This document shows, one piece after another, positions 1 to 10,194 of a stretch of DNA of 64,000 bases (positions are counted from its first letter, which is position 1; the number at the start of each line of letters is the position of its first letter). The position numbers and the translations under genes are program-made. Location: positions 1,248,001-1,312,000 of the forward strand of contig OZ242029.1 in assembly GCA_965205015.1 (NCBI GenBank), given 5' to 3'. The DNA is from Candidatus Poribacteria bacterium. GTDB taxonomy: Bacteria > Poribacteria > WGA-4E > WGA-3G. The notes beneath the pieces were generated by a model that saw nothing but the letters and a program-made list of their open reading frames with translations, was not told the origin of the DNA and ran no database searches.

Positions 1-2786
1 GCAGCATTCCCCTGTTCGATCGCTGCCGCAATGAGCAGTAAATCCGCCGCATCTATTATACCATTGCCATTCATATCCGCTGTATTCTCGCCCGTCTGAC
101 CCAGACGATCCGCAGCTGCAACCATATCTTCAAGATTCACAATACCATCTTCGTTGACATCTCCCGCAAGCCGGGCGGGTTCTACCTCTTCCGGGTTTTC
201 AATCCGAACCTCTAAAAAGTCGGCATTGCTGTCAGCCAACTTCGCAGCTGATAACCGCGGTAGTGAAGGGTTAGCGGCGATCACTTCAAATGTGACAGTC
301 GCAAGCGTCCCACTCCCTTCACTACCACCGCTCAGAGATGTCGCCGCAAGTGTCACGTGATTGCCACTCACCGATGCCGGAACAACAAAAGCCCCTCCAG
401 GTAGATAATCGGCGTTCGCACTTGAGATATACCGTAGCGCGGAAACATCGAACTCAATTGTTATCTGATATCCCGCAATATCTACACCCCCTGCAATTGT
501 GACTGGCAGCGTCAAACGATCCCCTATAGCTGCTGGCGGTATCGAAAGCGGGAGACTGACTGTCGCAACATCCTCTCTAACAGAAAATACATCTGGCACC
601 TGCACTATGCTACCCGTCTCAACCCGGAACGTCTGTTTTGTGATGCTCCCATGCACATCAATTACCTGAAGCGTGACTTCCTGACCTACCTCCACTTGGG
701 GTTCAACAAACTCAACGGTGATACTTGTTTTACCGTCTAACGCCTGACTCCCATGCAGTTTGAGACCGCCAACTGGTTCCCCAGTCGTCGTTGGAATCAG
801 CAGCTGCGCTCGATGTAACCCATTCGCATCTGTTACCTTACACTTGAATCCAGACGCACTGGACGAGAACAACTCAAACGTTGTTTCTTGGTCGCGTTCA
901 GTTTGAGACGGATTGAAATAAGGGTGGACTGACAACCACTCGGCGGCATCCTGTGACAGCCGGACTTGGCTGCCATACGCCATGAGGTAATTATCGTCCC
1001 GGAAATCGTGTTCTAAGCTGAACGTGTGACCGAGTTCATGCGCCGTCACATACAAGTTAAAGCATCTACCGGAGGCAGGAATCACAGCAAAGCCGCCCGA
1101 ATCTCGCCGCCACGTTTTGTTGTCCCGTGAGATCCAATTGCCGCCCCCTATACCGCAGACGTCATTTTGATTCCCGTCGTTCACGAATTCACTACTGACA
1201 TCTACCGCAGCAAGATAGATATGCTTCGAGATATCAAACTGTTCCTGGATCTCTCCTCGGACCCTGTTAAACGTGTGATCCTGATAGTAAGCATCGGTGT
1301 TCCGTCCATTTATGTGATGTACGACAGCCTTGCCAGCCCCATCAGTTTCAAAGGTAAAGGTTTTTTGCATCTGTGTGGCATAGAAGGACTGGACATCCCT
1401 TATTAGCGTATCCAATTGCGCGTTTATATCTTGTCGGCGTGGGCGGTCGCTGGGACGAAAGTAGACGAGCCGAATGTTATCTCGCTTAAGTTGCGCTGAT
1501 CCAAGAACCTCACCGTTTTCAGTACTCACCGATAAAAAGTCGGCATTAACATCTGTCAGTTTGACCTCAGATAAGGTCAGCATCGAGGATTTGACGCTAA
1601 TGACCTCAAACGTGACGGACGCTAATGTGCCATCTCCTTGGCTCCCACCATTCACAGATGTCGCTGCAAATGTCACCTGATTCCCCTTAACAACCGGTGG
1701 GACGACAAAGGCACCTGCTGGGAGATAACTCCCGTTCGTACTTGAGACATAGCGGAGCGCAGTGGTATCAAACCGCACCGTTGCCTGATAGCCTGCGACG
1801 CTTTCACCCCCGGTAATGTTGAGATTGAGGACGAGCTGCCCACCGAGTGCAGGAGACTGGATCGGAGAAGGGGAAACGCTTACGATAGCGGTGCCAGCCC
1901 TGTCGGGCTGAGTGTCCCTCGAGATTGTTGCAATCTCGCCGTTTCCACCCACTGGCGTTGTAAGACGCCCGTGCTCGGTTAGCCAATTGGCAATAAATTC
2001 AATGACCCCACTTGCGCGTGGATCCTCACCGTCCCAGTTGGGTTGCATTTTTTGCCACATCGCGGCGATAATTCCGCCGTGTGTTTTATTAACAGCGACA
2101 GCCGGATCAGCGGTGTGCGTCCCATCGTCTGAGACAGCGAAAGGGATAACTTCCCAATCTGTGCCGTTGAACTGCTCAAGATTCCACGGCCTATGGGATC
2201 CAAACGCCTTTAATGATGGCAGATATTTTTTCCCTATCTCCGTCGGGAACATGAATATCCCGGGACGATTCCCTGGCGGCCAGAAATGGAGCAGAGGGAT
2301 ATCAAAGACATTCGCAGCACCTGCTTCAAAATTATCAGCACTCCGCAAGCCGCCTTCATAGCTCATAAACAAGATATAGTCCGCGACGTTAATGAAAACG
2401 TTGCCATCTTCAATGAACTTTTCGATGTTGGAACCGTCCGGGTGGGCGTTCGGGAATTGATAAATCGCGCTCGGTGAGGTCCCGGACGCAGCAATAAAGA
2501 CATCCTGTTGTCCGTTTCCGGTATGCGCTTGCATCCATCTGCCCAACGCGGAATTGTAACCGACTTCATCGCCATCCCCATAGTTTTCAATGTTTTCAAA
2601 AATGGCTTTCATCCGAGCATCGTTCATGATTGCCTCAGCATTTGCGAGGGCAGCCTCTTGTGAAATCCAATCGGGATTCGTGGGCCCCGAATAGATAGCA
2701 AGGTCCGCGGCAGAGGCATTTGTCAAAGCAAGTGTCAAAAACGATAAACTGAGCACTGAGAGTAGAGAAAGCCGTTTCATGATCAT
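1..2786 (-). CDS. Secreted multidomain protein (3' end outside window): signal peptide, unknown N-domain, cohesin, metzincin Zn-metallopeptidase, cohesin, dockerin
   Basis: Not in the ORF track because its stop lies beyond the left edge. Spot-checked manual translation keeps one frame: MIMKRLSLLSVLSLSFLTLALTNASAADLAIY..., cohesin start AIVSVSPSPIQSPA (~1890), HELGHTFSLEH...YLMAY (His codon at 1040), dockerin DVNEDGIVNLED/DMNGNGIIDAAD (~20-170). Start 2786 or 2780. Confidence 0.85.
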   Translation of the reverse strand, partial: MIMKRLSLLSVLSLSFLTLALTNASAADLAIYSGPTNPDWISQEAALANAEAIMNDARMKAIFENIENYGDGDEVGYNSALGRWMQAHTGNGQQDVFIAASGTSPSAIYQFPNAHPDGSNIEKFIEDGNVFINVADYILFMSYEGGLRSADNFEAGAANVFDIPLLHFWPPGNRPGIFMFPTEIGKKYLPSLKAFGSHRPWNLEQFNGTDWEVIPFAVSDDGTHTADPAVAVNKTHGGIIAAMWQKMQPNWDGEDPRASGVIEFIANWLTEHGRLTTPVGGNGEIATISRDTQPDRAGTAIVSVSPSPIQSPALGGQLVLNLNITGGESVAGYQATVRFDTTALRYVSSTNGSYLPAGAFVVPPVVKGNQVTFAATSVNGGSQGDGTLASVTFEVISVKSSMLTLSEVKLTDVNADFLSVSTENGEVLGSAQLKRDNIRLVYFRPSDRPRRQDINAQLDTLIRDVQSFYATQMQKTFTFETDGAGKAVVHHINGRNTDAYYQDHTFNRVRGEIQEQFDISKHIYLAAVDVSSEFVNDGNQNDVCGIGGGNWISRDNKTWRRDSGGFAVIPASGRCFNLYVTAHELGHTFSLEHDFRDDNYLMAYGSQVRLSQDAAEWLSVHPYFNPSQTERDQETTFELFSSSASGFKCKVTDANGLHRAQLLIPTTTGEPVGGLKLHGSQALDGKTSITVEFVEPQVEVGQEVTLQVIDVHGSITKQTFRVETGSIVQVPDVFSVREDVATVSLPLSIPPAAIGDRLTLPVTIAGGVDIAGYQITIEFDVSALRYISSANADYLPGGAFVVPASVSGNHVTLAATSLSGGSEGSGTLATVTFEVIAANPSLPRLSAAKLADSNADFLEVRIENPEEVEPARLAGDVNEDGIVNLEDMVAAADRLGQTGENTADMNGNGIIDAADLLLIAAAIEQGNA

Positions 2787-2833
2787 CGGGTATCCTTAAC
2801 GAGTTATAGACGTTCAAATAAACTTTACAACCT

Positions 2834-3562
2834 CTATCTTAGTATATCAAAGATTTGTCGGACAAAAGGGGCTTTATTCATTCCGCCGACGAACCGTCCA
2901 ATAATCTTTCCATTTCGGAACACGATGTAAGTGGGAATCGCCTCAATGCGATATTTTGCCGTCATTCGGGGATTAAAATCAACATCCAACACTGCAATAG
3001 TGAAGGTATCCTTGTTTTCCTTGGCAACTTCCTTGATGATAGGCTTCATAAACTTACACGGGGGACACCAATCTGCCGTAAAGTAGGCCATGACGGGTAG
3101 CGCGGAACCTTGCACGGTGCTCTCGAACGTCGCATCAGTTACATCGATCGGTCCATCAAGTGGAGCTGTCGAGGGCGCGACGGTTTGACCGAAGTATTTA
3201 GCGACTAACGTCAAATCTCGGATATTCACCTGTCCGTCTCTGTCAACATCGGGATTCGGAACCCCTTGATTCGGGCGTATGGTTTCATTAAAGTGCTTCC
3301 CAACAAGGGTCAAGTCTCGAATATCTATCTCGCCACTTCCGTCAACATCCGCGGCGGCTTTGAGGTCTTCTGCCGCATAAACCAAACGGCTGTTGTCCAA
3401 ACCGGTCCAAAGAATCAGTGATACACCGACGAGTAGCAGCCCACAAACAACTCTTGTGCGATAGGTTAAAACCGTGTGTCGCGTGGATATAGTGCTCAGG
3501 ATTTCCATAATTAATTCTCCTTTTGCAACAATGGGAATACCAAATAGATTTACACAAATCAT
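2834..3562 (-). CDS. Dockerin-thioredoxin fusion, probably exported
   Basis: Hydrophobic N-terminal segment, duplicated DVDGSGEIDIRDL/DVDRDGQVNIRDL dockerin loops, C-terminal thioredoxin fold with WCPPC. True start may be 3508 (MEILS). Confidence 0.85.
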   Translation of the reverse strand: MICVNLFGIPIVAKGELIMEILSTISTRHTVLTYRTRVVCGLLLVGVSLILWTGLDNSRLVYAAEDLKAAADVDGSGEIDIRDLTLVGKHFNETIRPNQGVPNPDVDRDGQVNIRDLTLVAKYFGQTVAPSTAPLDGPIDVTDATFESTVQGSALPVMAYFTADWCPPCKFMKPIIKEVAKENKDTFTIAVLDVDFNPRMTAKYRIEAIPTYIVFRNGKIIGRFVGGMNKAPFVRQIFDILR

Positions 3563-3647
3563 CTCATAACCAACGTAGCGTCATTCAGTTCTTTCGTATA
3601 CACAAATTCTGACCGAAAATAGCGCGTGCTGCTATGGGGCGAACATC

Positions 3648-5885
3648 CTACTTTCGAATGAGCAGCTTCCGCGTGGCAGCGAAATCACCTGCCGTGAGTG
3701 TGTAGAAGTAGATGCCACTGGCAACAGGTTCACCCAAACCGTTCCTGCCGTCCCAGTACGCCGCACGGCTCCGAGATTCATAGATACCCGCAGCTTGATG
3801 TCCTAACCATAACTTCCGAACTAATTTCCCATCTGCAGCATAAATGGAAATATGGACTGCCGCAGCGTGCGATAAATGATACGGGATCCACGTTTCCGGG
3901 TTGAACGGATTCGGATAGTTGGGCAGAACGGTTGTCTCCTTCGGTGTGAGTATCAACAAGATATGTTTCAGAAGTATCACGCCACGCTGATACTTCGCAC
4001 CTGTCAAACCGTGTTGATGCGCAAACTGAAGCCACTGCCGAACCTCCGTTGCCGTGAACATCTCAGCAATCGATTTTGGATACAGCGACGGCGCAGCATT
4101 CCCTTGTTCTACTGCCGCCGCAATGAGCAGTAAATCCTCCGCATCTACCACACCATCATTATTGACATCTGCCGTATTCTCACCCTTCTGATTCAGACGC
4201 GATGCAGCTAAATCCATATCCTCAAGATTCACAACACCATCACCATTGACATCTGCCGGGATTCGGACGGGTTCTACTACCTCGCCGTTTTCAGAACTCA
4301 CCGGTAAAACGTTGGCATCGCTATCTGTGAGGCTCACTTCAGAGAAACGCAGTGCTGAGGGTTTGACGGCGACCACTTCAAACGTAAGGGTTGCGAGCGT
4401 ACCTTCCCCTTGGCTCCCGCCATTCAGAGAGACCGCCGCAAGCGTGACCTGATTCTCATTGATGCGTGGCGGAATGACAAAAGCTCCCGTTAGCAGATAG
4501 TCAGCATTGCCGCTGGAGATGTAGCGGAGGGCTGTCGTATCGAACACCAGTTTGAACGCATATCCTGCGACGTTTTTTCCATTCACAATAGAGACGTTAA
4601 AGGTGAGTTGTTCTCCCAAAGCAGGAGACGCTACAGCGGAAGGGGTCAGGCTCACAACCATCTCCGTATCAGGCGTTTCGGTAGGTGTACCCGACCCAAC
4701 CACCTCGCCATTTTCAGAACTCACTGATAGAAAATCCGCATTCATATCTGTCAACTCGACCCCAGATAAAGTCAGTACTGACGGTTTAGCCTCAATCACT
4801 TCAAATGTGATGGTTGCTAAGGTGCCATCCCCTTGACTCCCACCCCTCAAAGACGTGGCTGCGAGCGTTACCCGGTTCCCAGCGGCAACAGGTGGTATGA
4901 AGAACGCTCCTGCCGGTAGATAACTCCCGTTCGCACTTGAGACATAGCGGAGCGCAGTGGTATCAAACTGCACGGTTGCTTGATAGCCTGCGACGTTTTC
5001 GCCCCCGGTAATGTTGAGGTTAAGGACGAGCTGCTCACCGGGTGCGGGGGACTGAATTGGAGATGGAAAAATGCTCACGGTTACCGACGTAGTAGACTCC
5101 GGAACGACCTCTGTGCCATCTGTTCCAACACCAATTCCTTTGTTAGCAGGTTCAACGGCGAGTGCTTGGGCATTGAGGAGTTTAGCATCACCAATTGCGG
5201 AGTGATCACAGCCGATTCCATCGCCGGCATCCCCCATGATAATTTCAAGTTCTCTCGCGTTGACAGGAATGTCAATTTCCACTTTGACGGCTTCAACGTT
5301 CCGCCCACCATCGGTACCTAAGAGTCTTCCAGATTCGAAAACCTCGTTTCCATCAATATTAAAGACGAAATGACCACTGCCACCGTGCCCACACTCACCT
5401 GGGTCCTTTTCATCTGACATGCCGATATAACCTTCAAATTTGAGGTAATCATCTCCACTTAAATCGTAGACGATGGTTGCGACCGCATGTGAGCCGATAC
5501 CCCGCTCAAAATAGACACCCCCGATGACGATTTCATTGCGGGTGCCTGCCCCTTCACCGATAGTGGCATTGTCTGTATCGAGCGGACCACCCCATCCCGT
5601 CCACTCAGCTCGCGAATTTTTGGGGTTAAGCCCGCACCTATTCGGTCTCGGTGTGCTACCGCCAATGAAGGTGAGATAGGTGACACCCGTTCGGTTATCT
5701 TCTCTAACAATCTCATCATAGTCGTTCTGGATGCCAACTTCTTCCCAACCAACCTCCCTGACAGGTTTCGCACCCCTACCATTTAAATTTGTGCAGTCGG
5801 CTTTACCGGCGTAGACGCTGAAAGCGAGTCCAACAGTAAGCATAACAAGGAGAACACAGAAATTAAGAGTTTTCAATTTTTTCAC
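3648..5885 (-). CDS. Secreted NPCBM/NEW2 + 2 cohesin + dockerin + FlgD-Ig/T9SS-like C-terminal domain protein
   Basis: Signal peptide; NPCBM motif FERGIGSHA...FEGYIG; two cohesin repeats (VAGYQATVQFDTTALRY); dockerin DVNGDGVVNLED; C-terminus LPNYPNPFNPETWIPY...WDG...GIYFY...TRKLLIRK. Confidence 0.85.
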   Translation of the reverse strand: MKKLKTLNFCVLLVMLTVGLAFSVYAGKADCTNLNGRGAKPVREVGWEEVGIQNDYDEIVREDNRTGVTYLTFIGGSTPRPNRCGLNPKNSRAEWTGWGGPLDTDNATIGEGAGTRNEIVIGGVYFERGIGSHAVATIVYDLSGDDYLKFEGYIGMSDEKDPGECGHGGSGHFVFNIDGNEVFESGRLLGTDGGRNVEAVKVEIDIPVNARELEIIMGDAGDGIGCDHSAIGDAKLLNAQALAVEPANKGIGVGTDGTEVVPESTTSVTVSIFPSPIQSPAPGEQLVLNLNITGGENVAGYQATVQFDTTALRYVSSANGSYLPAGAFFIPPVAAGNRVTLAATSLRGGSQGDGTLATITFEVIEAKPSVLTLSGVELTDMNADFLSVSSENGEVVGSGTPTETPDTEMVVSLTPSAVASPALGEQLTFNVSIVNGKNVAGYAFKLVFDTTALRYISSGNADYLLTGAFVIPPRINENQVTLAAVSLNGGSQGEGTLATLTFEVVAVKPSALRFSEVSLTDSDANVLPVSSENGEVVEPVRIPADVNGDGVVNLEDMDLAASRLNQKGENTADVNNDGVVDAEDLLLIAAAVEQGNAAPSLYPKSIAEMFTATEVRQWLQFAHQHGLTGAKYQRGVILLKHILLILTPKETTVLPNYPNPFNPETWIPYHLSHAAAVHISIYAADGKLVRKLWLGHQAAGIYESRSRAAYWDGRNGLGEPVASGIYFYTLTAGDFAATRKLLIRK

Positions 5886-6018
5886 CTCTATCTGCTTTCC
5901 GTATCATCTTATGACTAAAGCAGAACTATACCACATTTTCCAAAAGAGGCAAAGAAAAAAATTTACTTCGGCTTAGGCGCATTATAAGGAAAAAACGAGA
6001 CCGTGCTGGTCGTTCGGA

Positions 6019-7041
6019 TCAACCCACCAAGTATTTAAACACAGAGGAAAGGTTATCATCAGGCGAATAGAGTTGAGAGATACTCAATTCGTTTTCGATG
6101 AGAAGTTCAGGGAGCCGCGCGTAGAATGCATCAGGTTTGGCGGTTTCTATGATAATGTCGCCTGATTCTTTTTTTTCGGTAGGCACAAGACCTCCCCCTA
6201 CATTCGGAATATTATCGCCATCAACAAAGGTAACGCTCAAAATATCCTCAAAAGGGAGACAGACCTGCGCCAAACGACGCGGTTCATCTGTGCTCAAATA
6301 GACTTTGTGTGGGTGTTCGTCAATCAATTCTCGGATATCGGAGATGGTGCCTTCAGCGAGAATACGTCCTTGATGGATGAGCAGTATCGTCTCTGTCAAC
6401 GCCTCAATCTCATAGAGGATATGACTCGAAACGATGATGCTAATATCCTGCGCAGCAAGTTCTTGTAGCAGCGTAAGGACATGCCGTCTCCCATTCGGAT
6501 CTAAACCGGTAAGAGGTTCATCAAGGAAGAGAAGTTCCGGTTCATGTATCAAGGCCTGTGCGAGTTTGATACGCTGCCGCATTCCCTTACTATAAGAGGC
6601 GATAGGACGATCCTTTGCCGGTAGCATATCCACTGTTTCAAGAACGCGTAGACTCCGAGATTCAACTTCCAATTTATCGTATCCGCTCAACGTGGCGAAA
6701 AAAGTGATAAACTCAAAGCCGGTCATGAATTGATACGCCACCTCTATATCCGGGCAGTAGCCGACCCGTCTCGTGAGTTCTGGATTATTCCATACCGGCT
6801 GGCTCAACACTTTGATCTCGCCTTGGTTGGGTTTGAGTTGCCCCGTCATGAGTTTAATTAAACTCGTCTTTCCCGCACCGTTCGGACCCAGCAAGCCTGT
6901 TATTCCTGGATGAATTGTGAGGGTTACATCGTTGACCCCCATCACTTCGCCATACCATTTGGATAAATTTTCTGTTTCAACGATTTTTAATTTTTCCTTG
7001 CGGCGTAATTCAGTGGGTTTCATACTGAGAGTGCCTTCCAC
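6019..7041 (-). CDS. ABC-2-type exporter ATP-binding protein
   Basis: Walker A GPNGAGKT, signature YSKGMRQR, Walker B LLFLDEP, H-loop SSH. Confidence 0.92.
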   Translation of the reverse strand: MEGTLSMKPTELRRKEKLKIVETENLSKWYGEVMGVNDVTLTIHPGITGLLGPNGAGKTSLIKLMTGQLKPNQGEIKVLSQPVWNNPELTRRVGYCPDIEVAYQFMTGFEFITFFATLSGYDKLEVESRSLRVLETVDMLPAKDRPIASYSKGMRQRIKLAQALIHEPELLFLDEPLTGLDPNGRRHVLTLLQELAAQDISIIVSSHILYEIEALTETILLIHQGRILAEGTISDIRELIDEHPHKVYLSTDEPRRLAQVCLPFEDILSVTFVDGDNIPNVGGGLVPTEKKESGDIIIETAKPDAFYARLPELLIENELSISQLYSPDDNLSSVFKYLVG

Positions 7042-7121
7042 CTATCCGTCCTCCATTACATTACGGACTGCGGTTACGAAAATTAGATTAAGACAGCTAA
7101 TTGCTGACCGCCGACTGCCGA

Positions 7122-8048
7122 TTACTGACGGCTAATTTTCAGCGTCTCTTCAAGATTTTGGATGCCAGCAGTTGTACCGATGGCAGTAACACAGGCAGCC
7201 CCGGTTGCGGAAGCCAATTCCGCCGTTGCCTTTAGGTCCCAACCCATGATCGTCCCCGCAAGGAAACCGGCGACGTAGGCATCGCCAGCTCCGGTCGCAT
7301 CAACGGCATTCACAGGATATGCTGGTGCTATGTATTCCGCCTCTGGTGTAGAGGCGTAACTACCGTTTTCACCCATCTTTATGACGATGGTGTGGATACC
7401 ATAGTTACGCCTCAAAAATTGGACGATTTCTCGGTACCCAGATAGACCGGTGAGATGTTGTGCTTCGACGATGCTTGGCATAAACATGTCTACGTAAGGC
7501 AGGCAGGGTTCGAGGGTCTCCATCCACCTTCCTGTAGCATCATACGCTGTGTCGAGTGAGGTGGTTATCCCTAAAGTTTTTGCTTCTCTGAGGACATTCG
7601 CCATTGGTGCCCCATCAAAACGTGGCATGACAAGTGCCCCAGCGATGTGCAAAATTTTGACACTTTTGATGACGTCCCAATTCAGGTCTGCCTCACAGAG
7701 TTCGCCGTTCGCGCCGATGTAGTGATAGAAAGTTCGTTCGCCATCGGAGGCGACAGCGACGAAGGTAAAGGAAGTGCTGGCGCTTGCATCTTGGTGCATG
7801 CCGGCGGTGTCAATACCGTTATCCACAAGTCCCTGCAGGATTAGGTCGCCAAAAGCATCAGTGCCAACCTTCCCCATCGCACCAGCAGAGACACCTAAGC
7901 GCGTGAGGGCAATAGCCGTGTTGTTCGCACAGCCTCCCGTATGGATTTCGAGCTCATCAAAGAGGGCTAATTTTCCCTTTTCGGGGAACTGATCTATAGG
8001 TCGTCCCAACACATCAACGACATAAATGCCAAGCGATAGCACATCCAT
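7122..8048 (-). CDS. PfkB/ribokinase-family carbohydrate kinase
   Basis: GGCANNTA and DATGAGDAY PfkB signatures. Confidence 0.92.
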   Translation of the reverse strand: MDVLSLGIYVVDVLGRPIDQFPEKGKLALFDELEIHTGGCANNTAIALTRLGVSAGAMGKVGTDAFGDLILQGLVDNGIDTAGMHQDASASTSFTFVAVASDGERTFYHYIGANGELCEADLNWDVIKSVKILHIAGALVMPRFDGAPMANVLREAKTLGITTSLDTAYDATGRWMETLEPCLPYVDMFMPSIVEAQHLTGLSGYREIVQFLRRNYGIHTIVIKMGENGSYASTPEAEYIAPAYPVNAVDATGAGDAYVAGFLAGTIMGWDLKATAELASATGAACVTAIGTTAGIQNLEETLKISRQ

Positions 8049-8116
8049 TTTTTTAACTATGGCCTCCGCTGAAAACTAATGACTATTCCCTTCGTCATCT
8101 GTACCACAACTTTCCC

Positions 8117-10085
8117 TCAACGCCCAGCATCAAGACGAAAAATTACTAAAGTTTCATGGTTTGTGTCAATATTCTCATCTGCTATCGTACCCGTAAAATC
8201 CTGAGAAACCCATCCGATGAAATAGGGTGAAGGATTCAGGTTCGCCTCTGTCGCGAGATACCGTAGCACGTAATCTCGCTGTAGGATTTGCGCAAACGCC
8301 TTTCGGACCCCCTTCAATTCCGCATCAGGCGGCATTTTCGGTGTCATGCGCAATCGAAGCCGCGTCATTGAAGGCTCGAATGTAGGCGGGGTTTCCACCC
8401 CCAATGCTTCTCTTAACGCGATATTCCCTAAGTAAACTATCTCTTTTCCCGCAACGCGCCACGTGTTTTCAAGGGTGTTTGGTAGGGGCGCGGTAACCTC
8501 GCCCCTACGATCCAACGCCAAGAATCTTTCCTCTACATACGTCGTTGGATGCCACGGGTCCATCGATAAATCTCGCAGTCGAACGCGTGAATCTTGAACC
8601 AAGGTCCCAATCTTTTGAAGGCGTTCCCCTTTTGATGCCTCAACCTCCCGATGACGAACGAACGTCCCCTTTGCCAAGTCAACAGATGTTTCGACACGCG
8701 ACACCGCTCTGAGGGAAACATAACTCAATAAGTGGGTGCGCTGCCGTTCAGGATAAACCGATAAAATTGACAATCTATCTGCTTTGACGGTGTTCGGAAA
8801 CCAGACTGTTTGCGCTGCTGCAATTGTAATCACCGAAAGGAGTACGAAGAGACATCCGCCTATCCAATAGGTGCGTGATTTTTGCCCCGACTTCCCGAAA
8901 TAGAACAAGAAACTCCCAAAACCCAGCAGGTATATTGGTAGAAGTATCATCAACAGTTTAATGAGCGGTACCCGGGTAGGCATCTCCGATAGAAAATGCT
9001 TATGAATTTTCTTCTCATGTTGGAGTGCAAGTGCGTATCGGTCGGCGAGGTGGCGCGGAGATTTACCGTGCTTACCCAGCAATCCGTGCCAGAACGTTTC
9101 AGCGAGCGCATCATCAGCATTGGAAACCCCTCCTACACTGTTTTTGGAGTGGACCCCAAAGGGAGGGACATTGTAGTCAAACGCGAAACAGAGAATCTGT
9201 CCATCGCCAAAGTTCCGTTTTGCGACATAAATCTGTTCCGCTGTGCCAATCAATACCTCACACCCTGCTTTCGGCGCAAATTGGATATGCTCAAAATGGC
9301 TGTCGGCGGAATAGTTATCAGTTTTCTTCACACCCCTTAATTCAACAGGAAGAAAGGGTTCTATAAAACTGCCTTGCAGGTAGTTAAAACTGCTACCGCC
9401 GGAGACAATAAGCGTTCCACCACGTTGTATCCAATCCAGCATCGCCGTCTGTTGTGCTTTAAGGATACGCCGTTCGGTTAAACGGACCTCACGCACAACG
9501 AGTATATCAACGGCATTGTAGCCTATCCAGTCGCGCGGCAAAGCCCTCGAATTTGGAAGGTACTTGACATGTACCTGCGCGTCTCCAGGAACCGCCAACT
9601 GTTTCTTGTCAATAAATTGTTTCAACTTGTCGCCGCTCGGAGCTAATACCAACACGAAGTAATCCTTGCGTGCAACGGGTGTTGGAAGCAGTATATCTTT
9701 TACCCGCACCGACGCTGTACTGCCTAACCCTATCGTCTGTGATGGTGTAAAGGGTACAAGTCGGATGACAAGCTGCGTAGCGTTTTTTGGGCAATAAACA
9801 TAGAAATTTTTCTGTTGTATCTCAAGCCCAATAAGGTGCAGTGACGTAGCGTAACGCTCAATAGGGATGTCCGAAGCAAAGTTCCGTACCTCCACAACCA
9901 ACTCACCCCTAAACACAGTGCCCTCATTGTGATTTTGTACAGTTACAGTTAAGGGTGCCCATGTGCCTACCCTGTAACCATCGCTGAATCCGAATGTCAC
10001 ATCTTCAATCTCTACGGCACCAACAGCAGCAGATACCGCAAAAAAAGTCAGAATCAGGATTTTTATGATATGTTTGATTCCCATG
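8117..10085 (-). CDS. Membrane-anchored hypothetical protein with class I glutamine amidotransferase-like domain
   Basis: Signal peptide from MGIKH (10085); 'LDWIQRGGTLIVSGG' GATase-like motif; two TM helices mid-protein. The ORF track gives a longer start at 10141. Confidence 0.65.
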
Positions 10086-10194
10086 ATAAGACCGCCAATA
10101 ATCAAGGGAAAGCCAGAACTGTGATTTATGTGATTTACCATGATGATGAATTCTCCGCTAATCAGGATGAATCCTAAAAATCATAGGTCAGTCC

